Shown here piece by piece: positions 53,069-63,269 of a DNA stretch of 64,000 nt. The notes below the pieces were generated by a model, which worked only from the letters and a program-made list of their open reading frames with translations, was not told the DNA's origin and ran no database searches. Numbering within the stretch: position 1 is the first letter of the stretch; each line of letters opens with the position of its first letter. Source of the stretch: Vicinamibacterales bacterium (lineage in GTDB: Bacteria > Acidobacteriota > Vicinamibacteria > Vicinamibacterales > UBA8438); contig CBDAUL010000004.1 of the NCBI GenBank assembly GCA_965200475.1, forward strand, positions 71,303-135,302, written 5' to 3'. Both the position numbers and the translations under genes were made by a program.

Positions 53069-54862
53069 ATGACTCTTGACCCGCGCCCCGCCACGGTCGG
53101 GACCACTCCGCCGCCGCCCCCGATTCTCCCTGCGCCTGCCGCGGCCGGCCAGCCCGCGCAGCCGGACCCGCCGGCGCCCGACAACGAGACTCTCGGCAAC
53201 CGCATCGCCGAGCTGGCCGCCCGCATCCAGGCCGCCACCTGGGAGCTGCTGGTCCTGATCCGCCAGTTCGACGCAGGCGGCGGCTGGGATGACTTCGCCT
53301 CGTGCGCGGCCTGGCTGAGCTGGCGCATCGGTCTCGCGCCCGGCGCCGCCCGCGAGCACGTGCGCGTGGCGCGCGCCCTGGCCGAGCTGCCGAAGCTGAG
53401 CGACGCGCTGCGGCGCGGCGCCGTCTCCTACTCGAAGCTGCGCGCCGTCACCCGCGTGGCCACGCCCGAGACCGAGCAGGCGCTGCTCGACGTGGCTTTG
53501 GCCGGCACCGCGGCGCACGTCGAACAGGTGGTCCGCACGTGGCGGCGGGTGGACCGCGCGGCCGAGCAGGCCGAGGAGCAGCAGCGGCACGAGTCGCGGG
53601 CGCTCGATACCTGGGTGGACGACGACGGCATGGTCGTGGTCCGCGGGCGGCTGACGCCGGAGGTGGGCGCCGTGGTGCGGCGGGCGCTGGAGGCGGCCCT
53701 CGACGCGGCGGCCCCGAACGCCGGCGGGTCGGCAGCGGCCGGCGACGGGCACCCGCGGTCGGCGGGGGCGGTCGGCGCGGCCGGGGACGCGGCGGACGCG
53801 ATGGTTCCCACCGTCGCGCAGCGGCGGGCGGATGCACTGGGCATGGTGGCCGAGTGCGCACTGACCGGCGGGCTGGACAAGGGCACGGCGGGCGACCGCT
53901 ATCAGGTGGTCGTGCATGTGGACGCCGACACGCTGGCCGAGGGTGGCCGGGTGGACGACGGCGGGGCGGACGAGAGCGTTCCAGACGACAATGCTGCAGG
54001 CAACAGCGCCGTCACGGCCGACGGGCGCGGAGTTGACGCCGACGCGGCCGGGGTCGAGGGGCGCGTGACGGCCACGCCGGACGTTCCCGCAGGAACGCCG
54101 CGGCGGTGCACGGCGGCGGCGTCCGCTACCGTGGATGAAGCCTCCTGTGCCCCGGCAGGCGGCGCGAACGGGCCGGCGCCGTCGGCTGCGAGGCCAGCGC
54201 CTGCGGCTGCGGGGCCCCTGCAGCCTGCCGCGCGGCCGGTGGCGCGCAGGCAATCCGCGTGTCCAGGCCCCGCCAGCGGCCAGTCGGTGCTCGACGAGGC
54301 TGGCGGCATCCACGTCTCCGCGGAGACGGCCCGGCGTCTGGCGTGCGACGCCGCGACCGTCACGATGCACCACGGCCCAGCCGGCGAGGTGCTCAATGTT
54401 GGCCGCCGGACCCGGACCATCTCGCCTGCGCTGCGCCGGGCGCTGGCGGCGCGGGACGGGCACTGCCGCTTTCCCGGCTGCCAGACGCGGCGCGCCGACG
54501 CGCACCACGTGGAGCACTGGGCGCACGGCGGGGCGACAGCGCTCGACAACCTCGTCCTGCTGTGCCGGCGGCATCACCGGGCGGTGCACGAGGGCGGGTT
54601 CCGCGTGGCGCTCGGCGCGGCCGGCGATGTGCGCTTCGTGCGGCCCGACGGCCGGCCGCTGGAGGAGGCGCCGCTGTTGCCGGCGGTGACGGGTTCGCCG
54701 CTGGCGCCGGTGGTTGCGCGGCTCGAGCGCGCGGGCATTCGGGTAGGACCGCAGACGGCCACCCCCGCCTGGCGGGGCGAGCGGCTCGACGTCGACTGGG
54801 CCGTCAGCGTGTTGTGGCGGCCGCGGCCGCAGGCCACGCCCGGCGGCGGCCCGCCCGCGTGA
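53069..54862 (+). CDS. DUF222 + HNH endonuclease (13E12-repeat-like family)
   Basis: SCAAWLSWR..AREHVRVARAL, RRLACDA and RDGHCRFPGC..DAHHVEHWAHGG..DNLVLLCRRHHRAVHEG motifs. Confidence 0.9.
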   Translation: MTLDPRPATVGTTPPPPPILPAPAAAGQPAQPDPPAPDNETLGNRIAELAARIQAATWELLVLIRQFDAGGGWDDFASCAAWLSWRIGLAPGAAREHVRVARALAELPKLSDALRRGAVSYSKLRAVTRVATPETEQALLDVALAGTAAHVEQVVRTWRRVDRAAEQAEEQQRHESRALDTWVDDDGMVVVRGRLTPEVGAVVRRALEAALDAAAPNAGGSAAAGDGHPRSAGAVGAAGDAADAMVPTVAQRRADALGMVAECALTGGLDKGTAGDRYQVVVHVDADTLAEGGRVDDGGADESVPDDNAAGNSAVTADGRGVDADAAGVEGRVTATPDVPAGTPRRCTAAASATVDEASCAPAGGANGPAPSAARPAPAAAGPLQPAARPVARRQSACPGPASGQSVLDEAGGIHVSAETARRLACDAATVTMHHGPAGEVLNVGRRTRTISPALRRALAARDGHCRFPGCQTRRADAHHVEHWAHGGATALDNLVLLCRRHHRAVHEGGFRVALGAAGDVRFVRPDGRPLEEAPLLPAVTGSPLAPVVARLERAGIRVGPQTATPAWRGERLDVDWAVSVLWRPRPQATPGGGPPA

Positions 54863-54961
54863 CGCGCATCGCGTGCGACGGGGGGCCGAGGGTGCCGCAG
54901 CATCCGTCGTGACGGCACTGAACCCGCGCGCCATATGATCGACGGTGCGCAAGGCTCCCGC

Positions 54962-55768
54962 ATGAAGCACGAGCTGGAGGTCATCGAGCGGAAGAGCAGC
55001 CTGCCCACGGCGCGTCCGCCGCTGCTGTTCGTCCACGGCTCGGCGCACGGCGCCTGGTGCTGGGCCGAGCACTTCCTCGACTACTTCGCCGACCACGGCT
55101 TCGACGCGCACGCGTTGAGCCTGCGCGGCCACGGCGGCAGCGGCGGGCGGGAACGCCTGCGATGGACGTCCATTGCCGACTACGTGGACGACGTCGCGCG
55201 GGTGGCGGCCGCCCTCCCGGGCGCGCCGGTCGTCGCCGGGCACTCCCTGGGCGGCATGGTCGTGCAGCAGTACCTGGCGCGGCACGTCGCGCCGGCCGCG
55301 GTGCTCCTGGCGCCGGGGCCGCCGGGCGGGAACCGCGACCAGGCGGCACGGATGGGCCTGCGGAATCCGTGGGTGGCGATCGAGTCGCTGCTGACGCTGG
55401 ATCCCGGGCGGGGCTTCGCCACCCCTGCGCGCGCCCGCCGCTTCCTCTTCTCGCCGGAGCTCGACGAGGAAGCGCTGCGCCGCTACGTGGCGCTGCTCGG
55501 GCGCGAATCGTTCCGCGCGCTGATGGAGCTGGGCTACCTGCGGCCCGACGCGGCCCGCGTGCGGAGGACCCCGCTGCTGGTGCTGGGCGCCGAGCGCGAC
55601 TACATCGTCTCCCCCGCCGACATCCGGCGCACGGCGGCGGCCTACGGCGCCGAGATGCGGATGCTGCCGGACATCGCGCACGACCTGATGCTGGACCCGG
55701 GCTGGCGCTGCACCGCCGACGCGATGCGGGAGTGGCTGGTCCGCGCGCTCGAATCGCATCGCCGCTGA
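54962..55768 (+). CDS. Alpha/beta hydrolase
   Basis: LLFVHG, GHSLGG, D and HDLML catalytic triad pattern. Confidence 0.9.
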   Translation: MKHELEVIERKSSLPTARPPLLFVHGSAHGAWCWAEHFLDYFADHGFDAHALSLRGHGGSGGRERLRWTSIADYVDDVARVAAALPGAPVVAGHSLGGMVVQQYLARHVAPAAVLLAPGPPGGNRDQAARMGLRNPWVAIESLLTLDPGRGFATPARARRFLFSPELDEEALRRYVALLGRESFRALMELGYLRPDAARVRRTPLLVLGAERDYIVSPADIRRTAAAYGAEMRMLPDIAHDLMLDPGWRCTADAMREWLVRALESHRR

Positions 55769-55813
55769 GCCGCATCCGGCGTGGTACGATGGCCGCGTCT
55801 CGAGGTGAGCCAA

Positions 55814-57418
55814 ATGAAGAAGCGTCTTGTCGGTGTCGTTCTGCTCGTGCTGGCTGCGGGTCCGTTGGCGGCTCAGGAGTTCCCGCCTGGCTACGTCGAC
55901 CCGGCGCCGCTGCTCGCGGCGGTCGCCGAGGAGATCGGCGAGGCCGACCTGCGGTGCATCGCGTTCTCGGGCAACGGCTTCGCCGGCGCCGTGGGCCAGA
56001 CCTTCGACAACTCGTACAACATCGACTGGCCGCGCATCGACGCACTGGCCAACTACACCCGCGTCATCGACTGGGAGAACGAGACCAGCGTCGAGACCTT
56101 CGACCGTCAGCCCGGCCTCGCGCCCGCGTCCTGGAAGTACGGCCTCGGCTGGCAGAGCGGCACGCCCACGCAGGCGCAGACGCGCCAGACGCACGTCACC
56201 AACGGCGCGCACTCCTGGCACATGGACGGCGACGGGCCGCCGGTGGCCGTGCACCCCGAGATCGCCGAGGTGTACCGCCTCGACATGTGGCTGAACCCCC
56301 ACGGGTTCCTCAAGGCCGCCCGCCTGCCCGGCGCGAACCCGGTGGCGTTCTGGCGCTGGGAGCAGATCGAGAAGGGCCGCGACGGCAACGTGGTGGCGCC
56401 GGAGAAGATGCACGTGGTGGCGATCACCATGTTCGGCAAGTACAAGGTGGACGCCACGATCAACTCCCGCAACCAGATTCAGCGCATCAAGACGACGGTG
56501 AACATCCCGGCGCTGGGCGACTTCAACATCGAGCACGAGTCCACCAACCAGGTCCCGATCGGCAACGTCAAGTGGCCGACCGACTGGCACTCGCACCAGG
56601 GCTGGGACGACAACTGGCAGTTCTACCGCCAGAGCACCGGCCACAACGCCTACGGCGGGACGTTCGCGGACATCCGGCCCAACGAGTGCGGCGACCCGGT
56701 CGCGGTGCCGGCGTCGGTGGCCGAGGCCGACTGGTCCATCGAGGTCACGGTCGACGAGATCGCCGACGGGGTGTACCGGCTGGGCGGCGGCCCCGCCAAC
56801 AGCTACATGGTGGAGTTCGACAACTTCGTGGCCGTCTTCGAGGCGCCCGGGGACGAGGAGCGCAGCCTCGCGGTGATCGAGCGGATCACGGAGCTGGCCC
56901 CCGGCAAGCCCATCCGCTGGGTGATCGTGTCGCACCCGCACTTCGACCACATCGGAGGGCTGCGCACGTACCTGCACGTCGGCTCGACCATCGTCACGCA
57001 CATCCTGAACCTGGACTTCCTGAACCACGACGTGCTGACCTACGAGCCGCGCACGATCAAGCCGGACATCGTCTCGCAGTGGCCGCCCACCGAGCTGGCC
57101 GAGGGCTACAACTACGAGGCGGTCCAGGAGAACTACGTCATCACCGACAACTCGCGCATCCTGCGCGTCTACTACGTGCAGCCGCTGCGGCACGTCGCCG
57201 GCATGCTGATGGCCTATCTGCCGGCCGAGCGCATCGCGTTCCAGGCGGCCCTGTTCGACACGCACGAGCCGCCGCAGCCGGCGCAACTGCCGTCGATGCG
57301 CGCCCTGCACACCCAGGTGCAGCGCATGAGCCTCGACGTGGAGACCCTGGCGCCGGTGCACGGGGAGCCGGTGCCCTGGAGCGACTTCCTGGCCGCGCTC
57401 GAGCAGCTCGAGCAGTAG
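55814..57418 (+). CDS. Secreted metallo-beta-lactamase-fold protein
   Basis: Signal peptide; SHPHFDHIGG (HxHxDH) motif; C-terminal PVHG. Confidence 0.82.
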   Translation: MKKRLVGVVLLVLAAGPLAAQEFPPGYVDPAPLLAAVAEEIGEADLRCIAFSGNGFAGAVGQTFDNSYNIDWPRIDALANYTRVIDWENETSVETFDRQPGLAPASWKYGLGWQSGTPTQAQTRQTHVTNGAHSWHMDGDGPPVAVHPEIAEVYRLDMWLNPHGFLKAARLPGANPVAFWRWEQIEKGRDGNVVAPEKMHVVAITMFGKYKVDATINSRNQIQRIKTTVNIPALGDFNIEHESTNQVPIGNVKWPTDWHSHQGWDDNWQFYRQSTGHNAYGGTFADIRPNECGDPVAVPASVAEADWSIEVTVDEIADGVYRLGGGPANSYMVEFDNFVAVFEAPGDEERSLAVIERITELAPGKPIRWVIVSHPHFDHIGGLRTYLHVGSTIVTHILNLDFLNHDVLTYEPRTIKPDIVSQWPPTELAEGYNYEAVQENYVITDNSRILRVYYVQPLRHVAGMLMAYLPAERIAFQAALFDTHEPPQPAQLPSMRALHTQVQRMSLDVETLAPVHGEPVPWSDFLAALEQLEQ

Positions 57419-57481
57419 GCGGGGACGGGACTCCGGCAGACCAACGGAGCCGTCGGCGAATGCCGGCCGGCGGCCTTCCGT

Positions 57482-57604
57482 TCAGCGCCCGCGCGGCCGG
57501 TTGAACGCGTGGAGCTCCTGCTCGGCCCACCACAGATCCCAGAGCCCGTACATGATCGCCAACCCGATCGCCACGCCGAACAGGAACGCCAACATCAACG
57601 CCAT
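57482..57604 (-). CDS. Small membrane protein (40 aa), not in ORF track
   Basis: MALMLAFLFGVAIGLAIMYGLWDLWWAEQELHAFNRPRGR; single TM helix; AAGGT/GGAGG upstream. Confidence 0.5.
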   Translation of the reverse strand: MALMLAFLFGVAIGLAIMYGLWDLWWAEQELHAFNRPRGR

Positions 57605-57738
57605 CTGTACACCTTGCACACCTCCCGCCTCGTTGCGTACCGTCGTGGCTTCTTATCGGACGTTGCGGGCGGCCTGACCAGTTGGCCGTCCGACGGCACG
57701 CCGGACACGCCCGGACGGGTCGGGCCGCTCGCGTCAGC

Positions 57739-58392
57739 CTACGCGTCCCAGCCCAGGATGGTCGCCGCGGCCGGGCAGTAGACGTGGGCCAGGTGGGTGT
57801 CGACGATTCGCTGCGGGCTCTCCGGGTCGTACCAGCCGTCGACCAAGCCCCAGTGGTAGGGACTGAGCATGTAGTCGACCTGGAGTCCCCGCAGTTCCCG
57901 GTACTCCTGCTCCCAGACGTGCGTCCAGGGCGTCGGATGCAGCTCCGGGTCGGCGCGGCTGAACGCCCAGTTGCGGATCGCGTCGATGTAGCGGGGCATG
58001 CCGAGCATGTCGTGCTCGAAGCGCGCGAGGGCGTCGGGCGGCGTGTCGGGCAGCACGCGCAGGAAGAGCGTGCGCTTGACGCAGTCGCGGATGCCGGGGT
58101 CGGGCACCGCCAGGTGCTGCGGCTCGAAGGCCACGGTGTCCAGCCGCAACGCGCCTGCGGCCACCAGCGCCTCCAGGCCGGCGGCCTGGTGCAGCGCACC
58201 GGGGTCGCGCCCGTCGAACAGCACGTCCCAGGTGTACTCGCCGCCGCCGACCGTGCCGGGATAGTGGCGGCCAAGATGGCTGCGGCGCACGCCGGCCACC
58301 TCCTCGGACACCCGGGCGACGGCGCGCCGGATCGCCGCGTCCCGCGGCTCGTCGAGGTCGCCCTCCACGTGGAGCATCGTGACGACCCTCAT
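57739..58392 (-). CDS. Dabb / stress-responsive alpha-beta barrel protein
   Basis: MPRYIDAIRNW, WTHVWEQEY..YMLSPYHWG motifs. Confidence 0.7.
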   Translation of the reverse strand: MRVVTMLHVEGDLDEPRDAAIRRAVARVSEEVAGVRRSHLGRHYPGTVGGGEYTWDVLFDGRDPGALHQAAGLEALVAAGALRLDTVAFEPQHLAVPDPGIRDCVKRTLFLRVLPDTPPDALARFEHDMLGMPRYIDAIRNWAFSRADPELHPTPWTHVWEQEYRELRGLQVDYMLSPYHWGLVDGWYDPESPQRIVDTHLAHVYCPAAATILGWDA

Positions 58393-58715
58393 TCGACCAC
58401 CTCGCCGGGCAGCATGTACTGGCGCTCGCGCCCCAGCGTCAGCGCGTCGCTCTCCGCCCACCAGGCGGTGACCTCCGGATCCCTGGCCCGCCGGCGCATC
58501 GCCCAGAAGCCCGCCGGGCCGGGCAGGGACCACAGCAGCACCAGCTCGTTGGGCGCGTCGTCCAGCTCCACCGGCGGCGTGAACCACTGCCCCACCAGCG
58601 TCATCCCACGCGCCCGCGCCACCGGGAGATACCGCTCCCGCAGGCGCGCCTGGTAGTCGCGCAGGCGGCCCGGCCGCACCGTGATCCGGTCGAGCACGTA
58701 GATCGTCTCCTCCAT
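58389..58715 (-). CDS. NIPSNAP-like dimeric alpha-beta barrel protein
   Basis: ITVRPGRLRDY...GMTLVGQW...NELVLLW pattern. Confidence 0.65.
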   Translation of the reverse strand: MEETIYVLDRITVRPGRLRDYQARLRERYLPVARARGMTLVGQWFTPPVELDDAPNELVLLWSLPGPAGFWAMRRRARDPEVTAWWAESDALTLGRERQYMLPGEVVE

Positions 58716-58724
58716 CCGCGGTTC

Positions 58725-59780
58725 CTAGTCGCGAATCAGCGGGCGCCAGGCCAGCTCCCAGCGGAGCGGGGCCTCCGCGGGGATGTAGCACACCTCGTCG
58801 TCGCAGACCTGGTACTCGAGCGTGCCCTCGACCACCAGCTTGCCGCCGGGCGCCGCGGACAGCGCGGCCGTCTCCTCGGTCAGGGGCACGGTGACCTCCT
58901 GCACGAGGCGGAACGGCTCCTGGTAGACCGGCACGGTCTCGTCCAGCGGCTCGTAGTGGTAGAGCTCCGACGGCGGGTAGGTCAGCGGGTGCACCCGCAG
59001 GAAGTCGGGCGCGTCGACGCGCAGCCGAATCACGCGGTACACATGGTCGCCGGGGGCGTACACGTGCATGTTCGGCTTGGGCTCGACGTCCACCATGAGC
59101 GCGAACCGGTTGCCGGGCGCGACCGTCGTGTCGCTGGCGTAGGCACGCGCCGCGATCAGGCGGGTGTCCATCCCGGTGCCGGCGGCCGACGTTCCCTCCA
59201 GGGGCTCGCCCAGCCGCAGCGCGATGCTCGCCGCCGTGATCCGTTCCTGGTAGCGCTGCTCGAAGAAGCGCTCGACGACGCGGCCCGCGCCGTCGAGCAC
59301 GAACGTGCCGGGATACGGGATGCCGTACAGCCGGAAGTCGCGGAACTGCGCGTCGGGTGCGATCTCGCGGTTCAGGATGTCGTAGCGCCGGATTACCTCC
59401 GAGCCGACATCGGAGAGCACCGGGAACTCGATGCCGCGGGCCTCCGTGAACTCGCGGATCGCCTCCGGCGGGTCGTAGAAGATGGCGGCCAACCCGATGC
59501 CCTGCGCGGTGAGGTCGGCGTAGCGCTCTTGCAGCTCCACGAGCTGCGTCTTGCAGTACGGTCACCAGACGGCCGAGCGGGAGAAGACGAGCAGCGCCCC
59601 GTTCGGTCCCAGGACGGACGCGAGGTCCCGGGTGCGCCCGGCCTGATCGACCAGCGCGAAGTCGGGGACGGCCTCCCCCACCTGGGGCCCGAACCGATCG
59701 ACCTCGGGCAGAGGTGGAGACTGCGCGGCCAGCAGCACGCCGCAGCCAATCGCGATGGCGAGTGACAGGAGCCTGATCAT
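58725..59780 (-). CDS. Selenoprotein: AhpC/TSA peroxiredoxin-like domain (UxxC) fused to a DsbD-N-like domain
   Basis: ORF 59562..59780 ends at a TGA in frame with ORF 58725..59540, giving FSRSAVW-U-PYCKTQL; PDFALVDQ, VLSD and PGTFVLD thioredoxin-fold motifs; YQVCDDEVC. Confidence 0.85.
59531..59547 (-). promoter_or_regulatory. Candidate bacterial SECIS hairpin
   Basis: GCAGCTC-GTG-GAGCTGC beginning after a 14-nt spacer 3' of the UGA, with G in the apical loop. Confidence 0.65.
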
Positions 59781-59792
59781 GATGCCGCCATT

Positions 59793-60452
59793 CTACGACG
59801 GCGGCACGCAACGCGGCCAGACGGTCTGGATGGCGCCGAGGTAGCCGAGCCCGTCCCACACCGACAGCAGGCCGATGGCGGCCAGGGCTGCGGCCAGCAG
59901 GCGCAGGATGAACACGTAGGATCGGCCCGCCAGGTGCGCGCGGCCCTGCCCGCCGGCAACCGCGACGAGCACCTTGGCGCCGATCAGGCAGCCGTACATC
60001 GCGGCCAGGAATCCCGCGGGCGCGGCGCCGCCGGCGGCGCGGGCGCTGATGACGGTGGGCGCACCCACCGTCATCCAGAACAGGTACGGATGCGGATTGA
60101 GCAGATTGGCGGCCACGCCCCGCAGCAGCGAGCCGGCTCGACCCGGCCGGTCGCGGCCCGGCGCCGGCGGCGCGCGGACAATCTCGACCGCCAGATAGAC
60201 CAGGAACCCGCCCCCCGCCAGCGCCACGGCGCCGAGGATCGCGTCCGTGGTAGCGACCCGCGCGAAGATCACCACCGCCAGCAGAATGATCGGCGGGTCG
60301 GAGACGAGCGGCGCGACCGCGACCTTCACGCCCTCGCGGGCGCCGTAGCGCACGCTTCGGGCCAGCACGAGGGCCAGCAGCGGACCCGGCGCGAAACCTG
60401 CGGCCAGGCCGAAGACCGCACCCGAGACCACGAACGCGAGAGCCGAGTCCAT
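59793..60452 (-). CDS. LysE family translocator
   Basis: GFAPGP and RGVAANLLNPHPYLFW motifs; about 6 TM segments. Confidence 0.88.
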   Translation of the reverse strand: MDSALAFVVSGAVFGLAAGFAPGPLLALVLARSVRYGAREGVKVAVAPLVSDPPIILLAVVIFARVATTDAILGAVALAGGGFLVYLAVEIVRAPPAPGRDRPGRAGSLLRGVAANLLNPHPYLFWMTVGAPTVISARAAGGAAPAGFLAAMYGCLIGAKVLVAVAGGQGRAHLAGRSYVFILRLLAAALAAIGLLSVWDGLGYLGAIQTVWPRCVPPS

Positions 60453-60506
60453 GCTGCCGAGGGATCAGGCTCGGCCGGCGACCGTCGGGTCGTCGACTCG
60501 GACAAC

Positions 60507-61649
60507 CTACACCCGCGGGAGCCGGTAGACCCGCAACGCGGTGTCGTGGAACATCGCCGCCCGCTCGTCGGCCGAGAACCCCCGCGTCAGCTTCTTGAAC
60601 TGGTTCCACAGCACGGTGTACGAGCACGACAGCTTGTCGACCGGGAAGTTGCTCTCGAACATGCAGCGCCGCGGCCCGAACGCCTCGATGATGTGGCGAT
60701 ACCAGTCGCCGTTGGCCTCGAGCAGCTCGTCCGAGGTCGGCGGCCGGTCGCGCTCGTGCCAGCCGTTGCCGTTCACGACCATCTGGATCCCGCCCACCTT
60801 CGCCACCACGTTCGGACGTTGGGCCAGCTCGGTCACCGCCGGCTTCCAGACCTCGAAGACCTCGTCGCGGCGTCCGGCGTAGGGACCGATCCCGATGGGC
60901 CCGCCGAGGTGGTTGAAGATGATGATCGTGTCGGGGAACGCGTCCGCGAGGTCGGCCAGGTCGGCGATGTGCGTGTGATAGACCCAGCCCTCGAACGTGA
61001 GCCCGTAGGGGCGCAGGTGCGCGTAGCCACGACGGAACTCGGGATCGAGGAGCAGATGCTCGGGACCGGCCGGACGCCGCGCCACGACGGGCGGCTCCGC
61101 CCAGGCCGCCCGATGGCGGACGCCCCGGAAGCGCTGCGGGCTGGCGGCGACCTGCGCCTCGAGCACCGGCGCCACGCGGTCACCGAGGCGCAGGTTTGCC
61201 GACCCCACGATGCCGGTCGCCACCCGGGTCTCACCGTACTGGCCGCTCGCGCTCATGGCGGCGATGCCCTGCACGAACTCCGTCTCGCCGACGACACGGA
61301 GCTCCTCCGGACCGTCCGCCCGATACATCGCGCTGCACTCGACGAAGACGGTCTGACGGACGTTGTGCGTGTTCGTGTCCCCGAGCAGCTCCTCCAGCAG
61401 GTAGCGGTTGCCCGGGCGATCCCACAGATGGTGGTGCGGGTCGATGATGGGCAGCTCCGGCTCGAGCACCGCCTCGTCGGTCAACGCCAGCCAGTCGGCG
61501 CGAGGACCGCTCGGCGCCGCCGTGCGCTGGGTCCGGGCACGAGCGCGCCGCGAGCCGGGCAGACCAGCCGTTACCGCCGCGGCCCCGAGGGCCCCCGCCG
61601 CCGCTCGACCGAAGAACGTCCGTCGCGTGATGGCATCCATGTTCGTCAC
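60507..61649 (-). CDS. Amidohydrolase_2 family protein with Tat signal
   Basis: TRRTFF twin-arginine motif; IIDPHHHLW, NHLGGP and RCMFESNFPVD motifs. Confidence 0.88.
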   Translation of the reverse strand: MTNMDAITRRTFFGRAAAGALGAAAVTAGLPGSRRARARTQRTAAPSGPRADWLALTDEAVLEPELPIIDPHHHLWDRPGNRYLLEELLGDTNTHNVRQTVFVECSAMYRADGPEELRVVGETEFVQGIAAMSASGQYGETRVATGIVGSANLRLGDRVAPVLEAQVAASPQRFRGVRHRAAWAEPPVVARRPAGPEHLLLDPEFRRGYAHLRPYGLTFEGWVYHTHIADLADLADAFPDTIIIFNHLGGPIGIGPYAGRRDEVFEVWKPAVTELAQRPNVVAKVGGIQMVVNGNGWHERDRPPTSDELLEANGDWYRHIIEAFGPRRCMFESNFPVDKLSCSYTVLWNQFKKLTRGFSADERAAMFHDTALRVYRLPRV

Positions 61650-61725
61650 TTCCTGCTCCTTGCGAGCACCTCGCCGTCACTCCGGCAGCGTCAGCATGAC
61701 TTCCGCCGCAAGTGACCGAATCTTA

Positions 61726-63218
61726 ACAGCCCGTGGTGAAAGTCGGGGAACGGGCCTGGCCTGGGCGCGATCGAGCCCGTAGACTGAACAGCTATGGCGA
61801 TGGGCAAGAAACCGGCCGCGCGACCAGGGGCGCCGCTGTGGGTGACGACGGCGGATTTGCCGACGAACGCGGGGCATCCGTTCTTCGAGCGTCTGAACCG
61901 GGTTCTGGACGAGGCCGGGTTCGACGCGTTCGTCGAGGGGCTGTGCGCGGTGTTCTACGCGACGCGGATGGGGCGGCCGAGCCTGCGTCCTGGGCGGTAT
62001 TTCCGGATGCTGTTCATCGGCTACTTCGAGGGTCTGTCTTCGGAGCGTGGGATTGCGTGGCGGGTGGCCGACTCTCTGAGCCTGCGGTCGTTCCTGGACC
62101 TGGATGTGACCGAGGCGGCGCCGGACCACTCGACGCTGTCGCGGACGCGTCGTCTGATCGACGACGAGACGCACGAGGCGGTATTCACGTGGGTTCTCGA
62201 GCAGTTGTCGGCGGCGGGTCTGGTCAAGGGGAAGACGGTGGGCGTCGATGCGACGACGCTGGAAGCGAACGCGGCGATGCGGAGCATCGAGCGGCGGGAC
62301 ACGGGAGAAAGCTACGAAGCGTTCCTTCGGCGCTTGGCGGAGGCGTCTGGGGTGGAGACCCCGACGCGGGCGGATCTGGCTCGGTTCGACCGGTCTCGCA
62401 AGAACAAGAAGACGTCGAACAAGGACTGGCAATCGCCGCAGGACCCGGACGCGAAGATCGCGAAGATGAAGGACGGCCGGACGCACTTGGCTCACAAGGT
62501 CGAGCACGGGGTCGACATGGAGACGGGGGCCATCGTGTCGGTGACGGTGCAGGATGCATCGGACGGCGATACGGCCACGCTGCCGGAGACGCTGACCGCG
62601 GCGGCCGAGCAGGTGGAGTTGGTGCAGCCGGACGGTCGAGGGGTCGAAGAGCTGGTCGCTGACAAGGGGTATCACAGCGACGAGACGCTGGTGGCTCTCG
62701 GCGAGGTCGGGGTTCGGAGCTACGTATCGGAGCCCGAGCGCGGCCGGCGCGTCTGGCAGGACAAGAAGACGGGAGAGACGCCGCCGGCGAAGCGTGCTGC
62801 GCAGCAGGCGTTGTATGCGAACCGGCGGCGTGTGCACGGGCGGCGGGGTCGTCGCCTGCAACGCTGCCGGGGCGAGATGGTGGAGCGTACTTTCGCGCAC
62901 ATGTATGAGACGGGGGGCATGCGTCGGGTGTTTGTGCGCGGTCACGAGAATGTCCGCAAGCGGGTGCTGATCCAGGCGGCTGCCTGCAACATCGGGATGC
63001 TCCTGCGGCGCCAGACCGGCATCGGTACGCCCCGGAGCCTGCAGGGGCGGGCTTTTTCGGCGATTTTCCGCCTGATCGACCGCCTGATCGACCACTGGGG
63101 GCGTCTGACGCGTCCCTGGGGCCTCAAATGGACACCGCCGGCGCCCGTCGGCTCAATTACTCATCGCCAAGCGGCCTGAACAGCAGGGCTCGGCGAACCG
63201 ACTTCTACCACGGGCTGT
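61726..63218 (+). mobile_element. IS1182/IS5-like insertion sequence
   Basis: 21-bp TIRs ACAGCCCGTGGT(GA/AG)AAGTCGG; TA on both flanks (61724-5, 63219-20); single transposase. Confidence 0.9.
61794..63179 (+). CDS. Transposase (DUF772 + DDE)
   Basis: GRPS, PDHSTLSR, GVDATTLEANA, DPDA, VADKGY and VERTFAH motifs. Confidence 0.92.
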   Translation: MAMGKKPAARPGAPLWVTTADLPTNAGHPFFERLNRVLDEAGFDAFVEGLCAVFYATRMGRPSLRPGRYFRMLFIGYFEGLSSERGIAWRVADSLSLRSFLDLDVTEAAPDHSTLSRTRRLIDDETHEAVFTWVLEQLSAAGLVKGKTVGVDATTLEANAAMRSIERRDTGESYEAFLRRLAEASGVETPTRADLARFDRSRKNKKTSNKDWQSPQDPDAKIAKMKDGRTHLAHKVEHGVDMETGAIVSVTVQDASDGDTATLPETLTAAAEQVELVQPDGRGVEELVADKGYHSDETLVALGEVGVRSYVSEPERGRRVWQDKKTGETPPAKRAAQQALYANRRRVHGRRGRRLQRCRGEMVERTFAHMYETGGMRRVFVRGHENVRKRVLIQAAACNIGMLLRRQTGIGTPRSLQGRAFSAIFRLIDRLIDHWGRLTRPWGLKWTPPAPVGSITHRQAA

Positions 63219-63269
63219 TATTAACCCGGACCATGCGTGAAGGTGCGTACTGCCGATAAGATCCCGCGC

